In this document: positions 8,273 through 16,212 of the stretch, piece by piece
How positions within the stretch are numbered: the stretch's first letter is position 1
How the letters are laid out: each line of letters opens with the position of its first letter
From: Candidatus Thorarchaeota archaeon
GTDB taxonomy: Archaea > Asgardarchaeota > Thorarchaeia > Thorarchaeales > Thorarchaeaceae
Assembly: GCA_020348985.1 (NCBI GenBank)
Contig: CP070761.1
Location: 156,331 to 175,399, forward strand
Direction of reading: 5' to 3'
DNA length: 19,069 bases
The notes under the pieces: model-generated
The model's database searches: none
What the model saw: the letters and a program-made list of their open reading frames with translations, nothing else
What the model was told of the DNA's origin: nothing
Made by a program: the position numbers and the translations under genes

Positions 8273-8770
8273 TCACTCCTCTAGTTCACTGGCGATGTAC
8301 TCCAATACCATCTCCAAAGCTTGATTCCAAAGTCTCATTGCTTTGATTTCAACGTTCAATGCCTTCCTCAGCTCAGTGTCCTTCTTGCTCCTGGCTGAGA
8401 GGTCCTTCATTCTTGCAATGAAACCCTGATTCACGGCGATAAAATGCTGAAGCATCGAAAACCCAAGGTTTGTGGATGAAGCGACTCTGTACTTGTACCC
8501 AGTTTTTCGAGACCCCGTTTTCTCAACAACACCATATGTCTCGAGAACCTTGATGGCGCGATTGACAGAAGGAATCGATGTAGGGTACTTGGATTCAGGG
8601 AATAGTTCTCGCAATCTCACCGATATCCCTTGTTGTGTCCATTCTTGAGTTTCAAGTAGCATAAGCCCCTCTATCCACCCGCAGTATTCAGGATACCCGT
8701 AACTATCATACATGGCTCCTACTGCTGTCAGGAACTCTCGGCGTAGTTCATGTGAAGCCAGAAACAGCAC
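8273..8770 (-). CDS. GbsR/MarR-like winged-helix transcriptional regulator
   Basis: YGYPEYCGWIEGLMLL..WTQQGIS..TSIPSVNRAIKVLETYGVVEK..SRKTGYKY; 6 bp upstream of the oxidoreductase; start codon uncertain. Confidence 0.8.
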   Translation of the reverse strand: MLFLASHELRREFLTAVGAMYDSYGYPEYCGWIEGLMLLETQEWTQQGISVRLRELFPESKYPTSIPSVNRAIKVLETYGVVEKTGSRKTGYKYRVASSTNLGFSMLQHFIAVNQGFIARMKDLSARSKKDTELRKALNVEIKAMRLWNQALEMVLEYIASELEE

Positions 8771-8804
8771 CTCACATGATACTCAGTGACATGATGATTT
8801 AAGT

Positions 8805-8830
8805 ATTTCAGTTTTCCGAAATTATGAAAT
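8805..8830. promoter_or_regulatory. Imperfect palindrome, candidate operator of the adjacent regulator
   Basis: ATTTCA-N14-TGAAAT, 18 of 26 positions self-complementary, abutting a TATA-like ACTTAAAT (minus strand, 8797-8804). Confidence 0.55.
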
Positions 8831-8937
8831 TCTTCTAAATGTCGTGTCATATATGGCCAAGTAGAGTGACCAGAGTCGAGTGCTCTCCAATGCAGAGTGA
8901 AAAGCAATATAATGTGCCCTGCAGATGCTGGATGTTT

Positions 8938-9414
8938 ATGTCGAATGTAGATTTTGATGAGATTCTAACTGAGGCCTACAAGCGAATGCACAGATACACA
9001 TGTGCAGAAGCTTCGCTGCAGGCGCTTCTGAAACTATGGGATATGCCAGAACCTCAATTGTCTTGGGCAACCGCTGGGTATATGGGAGGGATTCTTTCAG
9101 GAGAAACAACTTGTGGCCTGTTGATTGGAAGCTGTGTCGCTATTGGCCTTAGGTGCGGACAAGGGAAGGACTCAATTCCTGAAGACCATGCTGAAGGGAG
9201 AGGAACTGCCATTGCAGCTGTTACGGAGCTTTACGAGGCCTTCAAAGAGGAATTTGGTAGCACGACCTGCAAAACGCTAACCAATGTTGACTTCAGCGAT
9301 GGCGATCAGCTTGGAGAATACATCGTAGAGAAGAAGTGGAAATCGACGTGCGATGTCTTCCTAGGATACACATTAAGAAAACTGGTCTCCATGGCAGAGG
9401 ATGGAAGACTCTAA
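8938..9414 (+). CDS. C-GCAxxG-C-C family putative redox protein
   Basis: YTCAEASL, AGYMGG, TCGLLIG, FKEEFGSTTCKTL, C-terminal Cys; start at ATG 8938 (or 8932). Confidence 0.88.
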   Translation: MSNVDFDEILTEAYKRMHRYTCAEASLQALLKLWDMPEPQLSWATAGYMGGILSGETTCGLLIGSCVAIGLRCGQGKDSIPEDHAEGRGTAIAAVTELYEAFKEEFGSTTCKTLTNVDFSDGDQLGEYIVEKKWKSTCDVFLGYTLRKLVSMAEDGRL

Positions 9415-9416
9415 CA

Positions 9417-9450
9417 AGAGCTGACACGCTGAGCAAAACGGCACAGCTCT
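9417..9450 (+). terminator. Stem-loop right after the stop codon
   Basis: AGAGCTG...CAGCTCT inverted repeat. Confidence 0.35.
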
Positions 9451-9515
9451 CATTGCTTTCACAAGATAGGCTTTAAGGCAAAGCGAGAGCGGCCAGGTTC
9501 AAGGAGATAGGAGAT

Positions 9516-10301
9516 TTGGAGAACCTGCCAGATGGAATAAAGAATTCTGGAGCTCTAGAAATCCGAGATCGACTGGGCTCGATCTCAGGCGGACGAGTCC
9601 TTGATGTTGGTACACAGGAGGGTAGCTTCATCGGACTGCTGATGAAGATGTTGAAGGACTACGAGTCAATTGTGGGAATCGATATCTCGGAAGAGGATCT
9701 GCGAAAGGCAAGAGAGGAATTCAAGGACGGTCCCGTGGAATTTGAGCTGATGAGTGGAGAAAAACTAACATTCGACGATGACTCTTTTGATACTGTATGC
9801 ATGTCTCACACGGTACACCATCTTGAAAATATCGAATCCGTATTATCAGAAATGAAGCGCGTCCTAAAGCCAGGAGGATATATGATTATACAGGAGCAAT
9901 TCTCCGATGGTGATCAAAGTGATGCTCAAAACACAGAAACACTCGTTCATCACTTGGACGCCACAGTCGACACCTGGAAAGGAATCCCGCATTTCGAAAC
10001 ACTCTCCCGCCACCGGCTCAACGATCATATTGCTCAACTAGGAATGGGGACGGTCGAGGTCTTTCAGTCGTCAAGATTAGTGCAGTGTCTCGTGTGCAAA
10101 GAGCCGGAGGATTGCGAAGACCCAAGAAGCAAGAGAAACGTCGAAGAAGGTTTCGAGTCACTTGACAGCATTCTTGAAAATGCGGCAGGTCATCCGGAGT
10201 ATGACAAGATTGTAGCAGAAGCCGGTCGTCTCAGAGAGAGAATTCAGGAGACCGGCTATATGCCGGCATCATTGCTGTTCTTCATCTGCAGGAACAGCTA
10301 G
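9516..10301 (+). CDS. Class I SAM-dependent methyltransferase
   Basis: TTG after GGAGAT; VLDVGTQEG, GIDIS, LTFDDDSFDTV, HH, EMKRVLKPGG; C-terminal CLVC-x5-C. Confidence 0.92.
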   Translation: MENLPDGIKNSGALEIRDRLGSISGGRVLDVGTQEGSFIGLLMKMLKDYESIVGIDISEEDLRKAREEFKDGPVEFELMSGEKLTFDDDSFDTVCMSHTVHHLENIESVLSEMKRVLKPGGYMIIQEQFSDGDQSDAQNTETLVHHLDATVDTWKGIPHFETLSRHRLNDHIAQLGMGTVEVFQSSRLVQCLVCKEPEDCEDPRSKRNVEEGFESLDSILENAAGHPEYDKIVAEAGRLRERIQETGYMPASLLFFICRNS

Positions 10302-10309
10302 TGCGTCAT

Positions 10310-10344
10310 CACGGGGCATGTTAGCCCTACACATGCAGTTCGTG
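10310..10344. terminator. Hairpin between convergent genes
   Basis: CACG..GCATGT-TAG-CC-CTA-C-ACATGC..CGTG. Confidence 0.4.
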
Positions 10345-10347
10345 TGC

Positions 10348-10590
10348 TCACTCAATCTTCGCCTTTGCACTTCTCCAGACTAGGATTCCATCAACAACGC
10401 GATAAACCGAGTGTAACAAGGCAAAGAAGATGATGCTCAATAGGAACAACAGCATCGCATCTCCACCAGTACCGAACGTGGGTGATGTTTCAAGCAGATA
10501 CGCCATCAAACCAATGGCTGCCAAAGCCTGGAGAATGGCGAGGAAGAACTGAAACACGAGTCGGATTAGGGCTGATCTAGTTTCTCCCAT
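10348..10590 (-). CDS. Small two-TM membrane protein
   Basis: MGETRSALIRLVFQFFLAILQALAAIGLMAYLL...AMLLFLLSIIFFALL; ATG 10590 preferred over TTG 10671. Confidence 0.65.
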   Translation of the reverse strand: MGETRSALIRLVFQFFLAILQALAAIGLMAYLLETSPTFGTGGDAMLLFLLSIIFFALLHSVYRVVDGILVWRSAKAKIE

Positions 10591-10673
10591 CGAAACCACT
10601 GATTGAGAAATCTGCACACCGGTAAATGAACCTTCTGTAATTCTCGCTGCGGTTCTTGCAGGCAGCTTCAACT

Positions 10674-11468
10674 CTATTCATTGAGGGTGATCATCATCCC
10701 CCACTTACCAATGCTCAACTGAAGATTGTCTCGGTATGACTTTGCGTAGCCTTCTTCTATGCGAATTCTGGAGTCCAATCTGACTTGTCGAATCTGGTCC
10801 CCCCAGAGGACAAGTGTTATCGAACCTGAGTCATCAGTCAATGTCGCATCAGCTACTTTCAGTTCCTCTCCAGTCTTTCTGGATGTCACGGTCCGCGTAC
10901 TTGCGATACCGTCCACATGGCCTTCGACGATTATCCTTTGCCGTCCGTCGTGAATGTCTCCGATTCTTGACATTGCTTTTGGATATCTTTCTGTGATTCT
11001 CTTCTCGTAGTAGATTCCGTCCCAAGAGTGTTCATGGGTCCTACCTATCTGTACAAAACCAATCTTCTGATAGAAGAGATTCGTTCTTTGATTCCATTCG
11101 GGTGTCCCAAGAACCCACAGGTCAGCTGAAGGATACTTGTCCCAAATGAGTTCGAAGGCTCTCGAGCCGATGCCCTGTCTCATGTAGTCGGGGTCAACCC
11201 ATATCCTCTCACATACTTGATATCCTGGACCTCTGTCTCCTACGATGAACCCTCCAACGATATCGCTGTCAATGAGTATCGTGTAGTATTGGAGATACCG
11301 ATTCTTGATCTTGTCTATATTCCATTCCACCGAGTCATACCCTGGGGGGCCTCCTGGTCCAGGAGCTCCAAACTCCGAGTCAGAGTCAAATGCTCTCTTG
11401 CAGGAGTCAGTTAGCTGTTTTGCTTCGTCTATTGCTGCATTCCGTATTTTGATTGAGTCTTGACTCAA
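10674..11468 (-). CDS. GNAT N-acetyltransferase fused to a C-terminal SSB/RPA-type OB fold
   Basis: GNAT: IWVDPDYMRQGIGS (motif A), TPEWNQRTNLFYQKIGF. OB fold (10674-10973): IGDI..VEGHV..RTVTSRK..VADATLTDDSGSITLVLWG..IRIEEGYAKSYRDNLQLSIGKWG. Confidence 0.9.
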   Translation of the reverse strand: MSQDSIKIRNAAIDEAKQLTDSCKRAFDSDSEFGAPGPGGPPGYDSVEWNIDKIKNRYLQYYTILIDSDIVGGFIVGDRGPGYQVCERIWVDPDYMRQGIGSRAFELIWDKYPSADLWVLGTPEWNQRTNLFYQKIGFVQIGRTHEHSWDGIYYEKRITERYPKAMSRIGDIHDGRQRIIVEGHVDGIASTRTVTSRKTGEELKVADATLTDDSGSITLVLWGDQIRQVRLDSRIRIEEGYAKSYRDNLQLSIGKWGMMITLNE

Positions 11469-11474
11469 TAGTGT

Positions 11475-11537
11475 AATCTCCTGAAGAGAATCGCAGATCT
11501 ATGAGTCATGTATTCTTCTCTCATAGAATCCGAGATT
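11475..11537 (-). promoter_or_regulatory. Intergenic stem-loop that could mask the SD of the GNAT-OB gene
   Basis: TCTATGAG/CTCATAGA 8-bp stem (11498-11527) within an AATCTC/GAGATT pair overlapping the GGAGAT SD. Confidence 0.35.
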
Positions 11538-11547
11538 GATGCATTGA

Positions 11548-13575
11548 CTACGAATAGGTCCTGTCTTGATAGAACACCAGACTCTTGACAGTTACCGGAA
11601 AGACCTGCCCCGAATGAAGTGGGGGGCCAATGTCGATCCAATCTCCTTCTTCCAGAAACAATTCGTCTAGACTAATTATGTTGTGTTGAATCGAGGTCTC
11701 TCGACGAGTCGTCAGTCCAACCATCTTGCCAATATCAGTTTGAAAGAGAAGAATCACCATCATCTTTCTGGCTACTGTCTCAGGAAGAGCGCGCTCAATA
11801 GATTTGACAAAATCTTGCAACCAGGAATAGGAGCGAAAGAGTGAATCTTTGAAATAGAGTGCGATTATGTCATCTCCCTCTTTCATGTCGTGTATCGACA
11901 AGGCACGATGGATTTCCTGCTCCACTACTCCGGGCCTATAGTTCTCTCTTGTTACATTGACTGGAATGATGGGGATATTGGTTATGGGAAACTCGATGCT
12001 TTTGTCAAAGTAACAGGTTGACCCGGACACAGAGAGAGAGAATGCTCCAGCACCGATGACAGTGGCTCGAATCTTATTTGGAGGTTCGATTACAGAGAGG
12101 CCTTGCTCTTCCACCAATGTTCTAATCTCATCCGCAAGCATAGCTCCGATGTCGTCGAACTCACCGTCACCACCATAGAGCAACTCAGAAACCCCCCCCG
12201 AGAATGAGTATTCATCCACTGGAATCGAGAAGTCCAAATCATCAGTCATCATCAGTTCCTTGGCAACTGTGCTCTCGGCCGGACCTTTCATCACTTCAAC
12301 CAATGCTTTCGCGTACTCTGTTGCAATAGTCCTTGCATCTTCTTCGCGGATTGTGTCGCCAATCTGATAGCTCATGCCTAGTTCTTTCATCAGGAATTGT
12401 GTGGGTCCATCTATTCTCCAGATTTTGAAGTTCTTTTCAATCCCAAGCAAACGACCACCAACGTTGATGCACGACGTACCAATGATCTGGCCGTTGGATG
12501 CAATCGCCAAGTTACTAGTTCCTCCACCCACGTCAACATTCAGGACTGTCTTCTGGGTGTGAAGCGTCTGATCAACAATCCCACTTCCCCTAGCACTAAG
12601 AAGGGACTCCAGATTGGGCCCTGCAGCTGCACTGACGAATCTTCCAGATTCGGAAGCTAGTCGGCTAACAATTTCGGCCGCATTCTGTTTCTTGGCCGTC
12701 TCTCCAGTGACTAGGACTGCTCCTGTCGCAACCATTTCTGGAGTTATTCCAGCTCTCTTGTATTCCTCCTCGCAGAACTCAATTACCGCCTCGATATCGA
12801 TGTTGTATCGGTCGACAAGCGGAGTGAAGATGATCGAGCTTTGGTAGATGATTTCGCGATTAACGAGGTTGAAACGATTCGAAATGTTGAGCAGGCTCCT
12901 CTCACGTTTCATAGTGAGCCGAGAGAAAATGAGGTGAGATGTGGATGAACCAATGTCAATGCCAACACTCAGAACCTTCATGTATTGAACGTTATCAGCC
13001 GGAAGATGGCCCATGAGAAGTTCTACGGGTTCGAATGGTTTGTCGGCTACTTCTTCGATCTTGGGGGCTTGTCGTTTTCGAGAAATCCTGATCTTCACTT
13101 CCTGCCCACAGTGAGAGGGCAGTTCCACTTCACCCTCTGAATTCAGAATTTGCATCTTCTCTTCATGAGAAACATCGACTTCCCCTTCGCAGACCGCACA
13201 ATGGAAACCAATCTCAACCGATTGGTCACTTCCAGGTATGACTGGTCCATTTCTTCGAGGAGATGGTTTCTTTTCTCGCCGATGTGCTCCTTCCCACGGG
13301 GCTTTTAACATCGAAAGCACCATGGTGAGAAGATTGTCAAACTCTTCACAAGGTTGTAGGACGGAGGCCAGAGCAGGCTTAAAGGAAGTGATTAGTCTGC
13401 GAATACCTTCAACTTCATCGGCTGCTTCTTGCTCATGCTCCTGCAGTAAGTCAACATACTTATCCTCGAACGACCTGCCTAGGTCTGCCCCATCTTCGCC
13501 AAAGTGCTGCTCTAGGAACTCCTTGGCAGCTGATATGACGTGCCGCTTCATGTTCTCAGCATTCTTGGTATTCAT
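11548..13575 (-). CDS. eutA: EutA-like (ethanolamine ammonia-lyase reactivase family) actin-fold ATPase with ~200 aa N-terminal extension
   Basis: LSVGIDIGSSTSHLIFSRL, IIFTPL, TGAVLVTGETAKKQNA, FVSAAAGPNLESLLSARGSG, NVDVGGGTSN, FSGGV, IRATVIGAG, PVTVKSLVF; ATG 13575 preferred. Confidence 0.9.
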   Translation of the reverse strand: MNTKNAENMKRHVISAAKEFLEQHFGEDGADLGRSFEDKYVDLLQEHEQEAADEVEGIRRLITSFKPALASVLQPCEEFDNLLTMVLSMLKAPWEGAHRREKKPSPRRNGPVIPGSDQSVEIGFHCAVCEGEVDVSHEEKMQILNSEGEVELPSHCGQEVKIRISRKRQAPKIEEVADKPFEPVELLMGHLPADNVQYMKVLSVGIDIGSSTSHLIFSRLTMKRERSLLNISNRFNLVNREIIYQSSIIFTPLVDRYNIDIEAVIEFCEEEYKRAGITPEMVATGAVLVTGETAKKQNAAEIVSRLASESGRFVSAAAGPNLESLLSARGSGIVDQTLHTQKTVLNVDVGGGTSNLAIASNGQIIGTSCINVGGRLLGIEKNFKIWRIDGPTQFLMKELGMSYQIGDTIREEDARTIATEYAKALVEVMKGPAESTVAKELMMTDDLDFSIPVDEYSFSGGVSELLYGGDGEFDDIGAMLADEIRTLVEEQGLSVIEPPNKIRATVIGAGAFSLSVSGSTCYFDKSIEFPITNIPIIPVNVTRENYRPGVVEQEIHRALSIHDMKEGDDIIALYFKDSLFRSYSWLQDFVKSIERALPETVARKMMVILLFQTDIGKMVGLTTRRETSIQHNIISLDELFLEEGDWIDIGPPLHSGQVFPVTVKSLVFYQDRTYS

Positions 13576-13643
13576 GGTCGTTCTTCCTTGCATCAATGAG
13601 CTGCTGAATTCTGAAGGATATCCAACTGAATATAAGGAATATG

Positions 13644-13675
13644 TTTATATATTAAATGATACAAAATTGTATTAT
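13644..13675 (+). promoter_or_regulatory. TATA box plus palindromic operator over a likely leaderless start
   Basis: TTTATATA (13644-13651) about 23 nt before ATG 13674; ATACAA-AA-TTGTAT (13659-13672). Confidence 0.6.
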
Positions 13676-14027
13676 GCGCCGGAAAAGCAGAACTCTGACT
13701 GAGAGAGCGAAATCAATCTTCAGATTTATCGAAGCGCAACCAGAGCCGTTCCCAAAGTCAGAACTTCAAAGGATTGGGTTCAATCCGTCGACAGCTGAAA
13801 CCTGGCTTCGCCTGATTGAGTATATCCAGAGCCAGCCGAGAATAAGGGTTGTAAGGATGGGGTCTTCAACATTCGTTGAGAAGATTGAGAATCAGTATCT
13901 TAGTATGTTGAGGAAGAGAATACTAGACTCAAATCTCTCAATCAAAGAACGAGGATCAACGATGGATGATTATATCTCGGCTCTCATTACCCTTGAACGA
14001 GCAGAGATGGGTAGGATCAAGAAATGA
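13674..14027 (+). CDS. Small basic protein, probable winged-helix DNA-binding protein
   Basis: MRRKSRTLTERAKSIFRFIE..PFPKSELQRIGFNPSTAETWLRLIEYIQ..IRVVRMGSSTFVE: helix-turn-helix plus beta-wing pattern. Confidence 0.7.
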   Translation: MRRKSRTLTERAKSIFRFIEAQPEPFPKSELQRIGFNPSTAETWLRLIEYIQSQPRIRVVRMGSSTFVEKIENQYLSMLRKRILDSNLSIKERGSTMDDYISALITLERAEMGRIKK

Positions 14028-14051
14028 TCTCAGAAGTTGAGGTAGAACATC

Positions 14052-14690
14052 ATGAAGGAGCTAGTACTTGTCAGGCATGGTGAAGCGGAGCACCTGGTCA
14101 AAGGCATAGTTGGAGGATGGACTGATTTGCCATTGACGGATAGAGGAAGACGTCAGACAGAAATCACAGGAACGAGGCTAATGGAACTCTTCGAATCAAG
14201 GATTCAGAAGATCTACGCTAGTGATCTGATAAGAGCATCAGAGGCCGCCAAGATAATCCAAGAGAAACTCGACGTTCCACTCATTATCGATTCTCACCTG
14301 AGAGAACTCAACCAGGGTGTCGCGAAAAACATGACTCACGAAGAGGCCGCGAAGGTGGCTATTCCAATGTCCGAACCCTCAGTAGATTGGACGCCGTATC
14401 CTGAAGCTGAGAGCTGGCGCATGCTACAGGAGCGTGTTGCAGAAGTCATGTCGGAGTTGGAGCAGAAAGAGGAAGATGTCGTTCTGATTGTGGGCCACGG
14501 GAATACCAACGCTGTGATTGTGGAGTGGTGGCTTCAGTTGCCGTCGGAACACAACATCTACTTCCCTACTCATCCTGCGAGTATCACATGGCTGGGAATA
14601 AACGACTTCGGTGATCGTGAAATCAGGAAGCTGAACGAGACCGCTCATCTGACGAATGAAGGACTTGACGATTGCGTTTCTCAACAATAG
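14052..14690 (+). CDS. Histidine phosphatase family protein (PGM/CobC-like)
   Basis: LVRHGE, DLPLTDRG, SDLIRA, LRELNQG, AESW, LIVGHG, LNETAHL; GAGGT SD. Confidence 0.93.
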   Translation: MKELVLVRHGEAEHLVKGIVGGWTDLPLTDRGRRQTEITGTRLMELFESRIQKIYASDLIRASEAAKIIQEKLDVPLIIDSHLRELNQGVAKNMTHEEAAKVAIPMSEPSVDWTPYPEAESWRMLQERVAEVMSELEQKEEDVVLIVGHGNTNAVIVEWWLQLPSEHNIYFPTHPASITWLGINDFGDREIRKLNETAHLTNEGLDDCVSQQ

Positions 14691-14761
14691 ACATTAATCA
14701 AGCAAATGTCGTTGTGCCAACACTTGAACATCTGTCTTCGTAGTCTGAGAGGCTGTGTGAA

Positions 14762-15742
14762 ATGGGAATCAAACACAGGTTCATGAAGTCCGTCATAATG
14801 AGATTTGGTGTGCCTCGTGTCAAGAGAATGGTGGCGAAACAAAGATCACTGCAGGAGATGCCGGGAATCCTCCTTCCAACTTCTAACTCCCCCACTAGGT
14901 TTGAGATACCAATGGAGATGCTGAAAATGCTTCAAGAGCGTGACGATTTCGAAATGAGGCATGTCTTCCCGATTAGACGTCTTCTTTCTGTCATGAGGAA
15001 CATCCATCGAAGCGTTGATACCATTGAGGAGAACCCGTCAACTCCGAGATCAGCGCTCACACCAGAGCTTCTCGAGCAACTCCAAGATTACTCTCGTGGT
15101 TTGGGAATCAGCCGGTTTGGATTCGTGAAATTGCCACAGGACCTCATCTTCGACAAATTCGGTGTGTTCTATGACAATGTCATCGTGCTAGCAATGGAGA
15201 TGAGCAAAGAGAAAATCGACAAAGCACCAAGCCAAGAGACCTTGAACATGGTCTTTGGGACCTATGATGAGTTGGGAATAGCAGCCAACAAGATTGCCGC
15301 GTTTCTCAGAGAGCAAGGCTATGCCGCTCAGGCTGACCATCCTCTGGGTGGTCTAGTCTTGTTTCCTCCACTGGCCCAGAAGGCAGGAATTGGTTGGGTT
15401 GGCAAACATGGGATCCTGATCACTCCAGAGTTTGGTCCAAGAGTCAGACTGGCCGCTGTCTACACGAACATAGAGAACCTGCCTTTCGCTGATTCGAATA
15501 ATCATGGATGGATTGAGGAGTACTGCAAGATTTGCGGGTTCTGTGTAAATCAGTGTCCGCCCGGCGCTATCATGGAAGATACTGTCGAGCATGAGACAGG
15601 ACGTATAACAAACATCCTTCAACGAGAGTGCTTCGAGTACTTCGGTCAATTCTATGGGTGCTCAGTGTGCGTGAAGGTTTGCCCGTTCTCAAAGACCGCC
15701 GATGCGTATGACAGACTAAAGGCTGTAGTCGAACGACGATAG
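14762..15742 (+). CDS. Reductive dehalogenase/epoxyqueuosine reductase superfamily protein with 2x[4Fe-4S]
   Basis: IAAFLREQGYAA, PLAQKAGIGWVGKHGILITPEFGPRVRLAAVYTN, CKICGFCVNQCP, C-x9-CSVCVKVCP. Confidence 0.85.
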   Translation: MGIKHRFMKSVIMRFGVPRVKRMVAKQRSLQEMPGILLPTSNSPTRFEIPMEMLKMLQERDDFEMRHVFPIRRLLSVMRNIHRSVDTIEENPSTPRSALTPELLEQLQDYSRGLGISRFGFVKLPQDLIFDKFGVFYDNVIVLAMEMSKEKIDKAPSQETLNMVFGTYDELGIAANKIAAFLREQGYAAQADHPLGGLVLFPPLAQKAGIGWVGKHGILITPEFGPRVRLAAVYTNIENLPFADSNNHGWIEEYCKICGFCVNQCPPGAIMEDTVEHETGRITNILQRECFEYFGQFYGCSVCVKVCPFSKTADAYDRLKAVVERR

Positions 15743-15758
15743 CGTCACGATCGGATAC

Positions 15759-16064
15759 TTAATCCCTGACACCCAGAATCACTACGTCTTCCAATGCATT
15801 GATGCCTCTCATTTGATTGGCTTCCATGGCAATGTATTGGTCCTTCTCGAGTTCGACTTCCTGGTCTCCAGATGTTATGATTGCCTTTCCTTTCAACACC
15901 AAGAAGAAAGCTGAGTGTGATGCCATGTGAGGAGGAATCCTCCCTCCCTTGCCTATTGATATTCTCAACACTGAATAGTGGTCTCTCTCAGACAGAGACA
16001 CCTTGTTAGGACCCTTTGGGAAGATTAGGTTCTCAAGTACGTTTCCACTTGTCATATGAATCAT
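15759..16064 (-). CDS. Cupin domain protein
   Basis: IPPHMASHSAFFLVLKGKAII..VELEKDQYIAMEANQMRGINALED; TATA position favours ATG 16064 or 16055 over GTG 16082. Confidence 0.85.
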   Translation of the reverse strand: MIHMTSGNVLENLIFPKGPNKVSLSERDHYSVLRISIGKGGRIPPHMASHSAFFLVLKGKAIITSGDQEVELEKDQYIAMEANQMRGINALEDVVILGVRD

Positions 16065-16086
16065 CGGGCTTGCATGAGCCACTCCA

Positions 16087-16094
16087 TATATAAA
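16087..16094 (-). promoter_or_regulatory. TATA box for the cupin gene
   Basis: TTTATATA on the minus strand about 23 nt before ATG 16064. Confidence 0.55.
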
Positions 16095-16212
16095 CTATAG
16101 TTAACAACCACTTGAACGTGACTACATGGACTCCAAATCCGAGCAATCCTTGCCGGTATCTGATGGAGTTTTGTAGACACTGCTAAATGATACTGAAGAA
16201 ATCCTCAAGGAC

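Noticed and set aside
9516-10301. Naming the methyltransferase arsM or ubiE
   Set aside because: Lacks the diagnostic ArsM cysteine motifs; only generic class I motifs are visible.
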